From NCBI GenBank assembly GCA_031414775.1, contig JANOQI010000035.1, forward strand, positions 30,609 through 94,608: a stretch of DNA of 64,000 bases, written 5' to 3'. The position numbers were made by a program, and so were the translations under genes. The notes beneath the pieces are model-generated. The model was not told the DNA's origin, did not search any database, and saw only the letters and a list, made by a program, of their open reading frames with translations. This document shows positions 62,698 to 64,000 of this stretch, in pieces. The first letter of the stretch is position 1. The number at the start of each line of letters is the position of its first letter. Origin of the DNA: Synechococcales cyanobacterium VAR_4_metabat_354. Lineage in GTDB: Bacteria; Cyanobacteriota; Cyanobacteriia; Cyanobacteriales; Chamaesiphonaceae.

Positions 62698-62775
62698 AAC
62701 ATTTAGGTACAATTATTACGAAATATTAGTAAAGTATACCCATCCGAAGCGATGGAATTTACAATAGCAAACATA

Positions 62776-62900
62776 GTCTGCCTAAATACCCAATTTGGTG
62801 TGTTAGATGGATAATTGTCGGGCTAATACCCCTGTTTTCCAGGATATAGGCGGACATTTGTCTATCTAAGTACCTGATTTAGGTGTATTAGGCTGAATCC
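62776..62900. repeat. Three ~42-bp imperfect palindromic units upstream of attI
   Basis: Units start at 62776, 62817 and 62860. Each opens with GTCNNNCTAA and closes with a TTAG/ATAG-R-Y-NGA inverse half. Confidence 0.75.
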
Positions 62901-62925
62901 GTCAGCCTAAGTAGTAGTTAGTCTG
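62901..62925 (+). other. attI recombination site, crossover G/TT at 62917/62918
   Basis: GTCAGCCTAAGTAGTA-GTTAGTCTG. GTTAGTCTG is the reverse complement (one mismatch) of CAGGCTAAC at the cassette's attC R'' end. Confidence 0.75.
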
Positions 62926-63008
62926 CTTCGTTGACAGGTGTGGTAGTGGCTTCAAATCACCTGCCAGCAGAAAAATTTTTGGTAGAATACACATCCGAGA
63001 GAGTAGCG

Positions 63009-63770
63009 ATGAATGCAGAGGAGTTTCTTCAACGTTATAAAGATGGTGAGCGCAATTTTTCTGGCGTTGATTTGCAAGGCGCAGAACTTGGTCATGCAGT
63101 GTTTCAGGATGTTGACCTAAGTAATTCAAATCTTGAGAATGCAAATTTACGGTGGAGTGAACTTGGCAACGTTAACTTGAGTGGCTCAAATCTAAGAAAT
63201 ATCTATCTAGAAGGGGCACAGTGGTATCGCTTGAGAATCCGTGAAGTCAATATGAGTGGCGCTCAACTTGATCACACAAACATTGAAAATTGTGATTTGA
63301 CAGCTTCCGTCTTTAATTCCTTGTATGCGTTCCAGTCATGTATGGATGAGTGTGAATTGGCTGGGTCAGTTTTCATTGATGCAGATCTACACGAGTTTTC
63401 ATTCCGAAAGTCAGATCTGAAAAACTCTGACATGAGCGGTGCAATTTTAGAAGACTTGGGTTGGTATCAAGCAAATTTCAGCAATGTTAATTTATCACAG
63501 TGCTTAGTTGGTGCTGCTCTAGGTAATGTGAACCTGGAAAATGCTAATCTAAGACAATCAATTTTGAGCTTTTATGGGGAAGACTTTTCTGGACTTAACT
63601 TAAAAGGTAGTGATTGGACAGGAGCAATATACTATAACCGGAAGGGTAGGTTTCTAAGTTCAGAAGATGTAGATTTTTCTAATGTTATTCAAATTTGTTC
63701 CAAGGAGGAATTAGAAAACTTAGATTTGAGTACATACAATCCGCGAATCGTAAAGGAGTTTTTGAATTGA
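63009..63770 (+). CDS. Pentapeptide-repeat protein, integron cassette 1
   Basis: MNAEEFLQRYKDGERNFSGVDLQGAEL followed by (A/S)(N/D)LxX repeats. Stop lies about 10 bp before attC. Confidence 0.9.
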   Translation: MNAEEFLQRYKDGERNFSGVDLQGAELGHAVFQDVDLSNSNLENANLRWSELGNVNLSGSNLRNIYLEGAQWYRLRIREVNMSGAQLDHTNIENCDLTASVFNSLYAFQSCMDECELAGSVFIDADLHEFSFRKSDLKNSDMSGAILEDLGWYQANFSNVNLSQCLVGAALGNVNLENANLRQSILSFYGEDFSGLNLKGSDWTGAIYYNRKGRFLSSEDVDFSNVIQICSKEELENLDLSTYNPRIVKEFLN

Positions 63771-63779
63771 CTGCCCACA

Positions 63780-63867
63780 GGCTAACAATCCCAATGCACG
63801 CCGACCGTCGAGAGATTGTCGGTTGGAGTTCGAGGCTACTAACGGCGGGTGATTGGGGGCGTTAGAC
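63780..63867 (+). other. attC site (88 bp)
   Basis: R'' GGCTAAC, L'' region CCCAATGCAC pairing with GTGATTGGG with one extrahelical base, R' GTTAGAC. Confidence 0.92.
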
Positions 63868-63900
63868 CGACAAGTTATTGCTATTTACAAGAGAAAACAT

Positions 63901-64000
63901 ATGAACGAAAAAGATGTTGAAGAGTATCCTTACGGACAGACTATAAAACTCCCAACTGAGTCGCCTCCAACGGTTTTAGAAGAGGGCAAGCGAGACATTA
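63901..64000 (+). CDS. Start of cassette 2 ORF (truncated, function unknown)
   Basis: ATG 34 bp after attC R', preceded by AAGAGA. Reads MNEKDVEEYPYGQTIKLPTESPPTVLEEGKRDI, open to the window end. Confidence 0.7.
   Translation, partial: MNEKDVEEYPYGQTIKLPTESPPTVLEEGKRDI

Larger units (their letters stand above)
61735..64000. mobile_element. Integron (intI, attI and cassette array continuing beyond the window)
   Basis: intI divergent from the cassettes, attI core at 62917, cassette 1 closed by attC, second ORF starting right after attC. Confidence 0.92.

Noticed and set aside
62706..62740. Possible LexA box at the intI start (GGTACAATTATTAC)
   Set aside because: The right half deviates at two positions from the cyanobacterial RGTAC-N3-DGTWCY consensus, which is too weak to call SOS control.
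62776..62925. CRISPR-like reading of the periodic repeats
   Set aside because: The units are too divergent, have no unique spacers of CRISPR length, have no cas genes nearby and sit directly at attI.
63009..63770. Calling the cassette a qnr resistance gene
   Set aside because: No Qnr-specific sequence is recognisable and the N-terminus is of the generic cyanobacterial type.

Overview
Cyanobacterial chromosomal segment. This is inferred from frequent CGATCG/HIP1 sites, PAM68, clpR-clpP3, a SigD-like sigma factor, an NtcA box and a cyanobacterial-type RNase P RNA. Most of the window is housekeeping DNA: gshB, DAHP synthase, glnB, aroB, map, rpsO, clp genes, rsmH, murD, glyS, moaD, speA, rnc, rnpB, sds, murI, amiC, sigD, cobQ, aspA, der, alaS. 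Several elements are absent from the ORF track: (i) a uORF ending WWRFSSY upstream of DAHP synthase; (ii) two tandem ~52-nt NsiR1-like sRNA units at a 125-bp period, each with a DIF1-like TCCTGA box, divergent from speA; (iii) a 40-aa probable restriction-endonuclease remnant beside an HTH-fused C5 methyltransferase that has a palindromic operator; (iv) a vapBC-like pseudo-operon split by another gene pair; (v) an accessory island (~45.5-56.4 kb) with two HTH-STAND NTPase modules, each divergent from candidate targets across helically phased direct repeats (a secreted tendamistat-like protein and a His-to-Asn phospholipase A2 in one, a uppS-like gene in the other); (vi) a chromosomal integron at the right end with intI, attI preceded by a ~42-bp-period array of palindromic sites, a pentapeptide-repeat cassette, an attC and the start of a second cassette. 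All family assignments come from motif recognition by eye. No searches were run.
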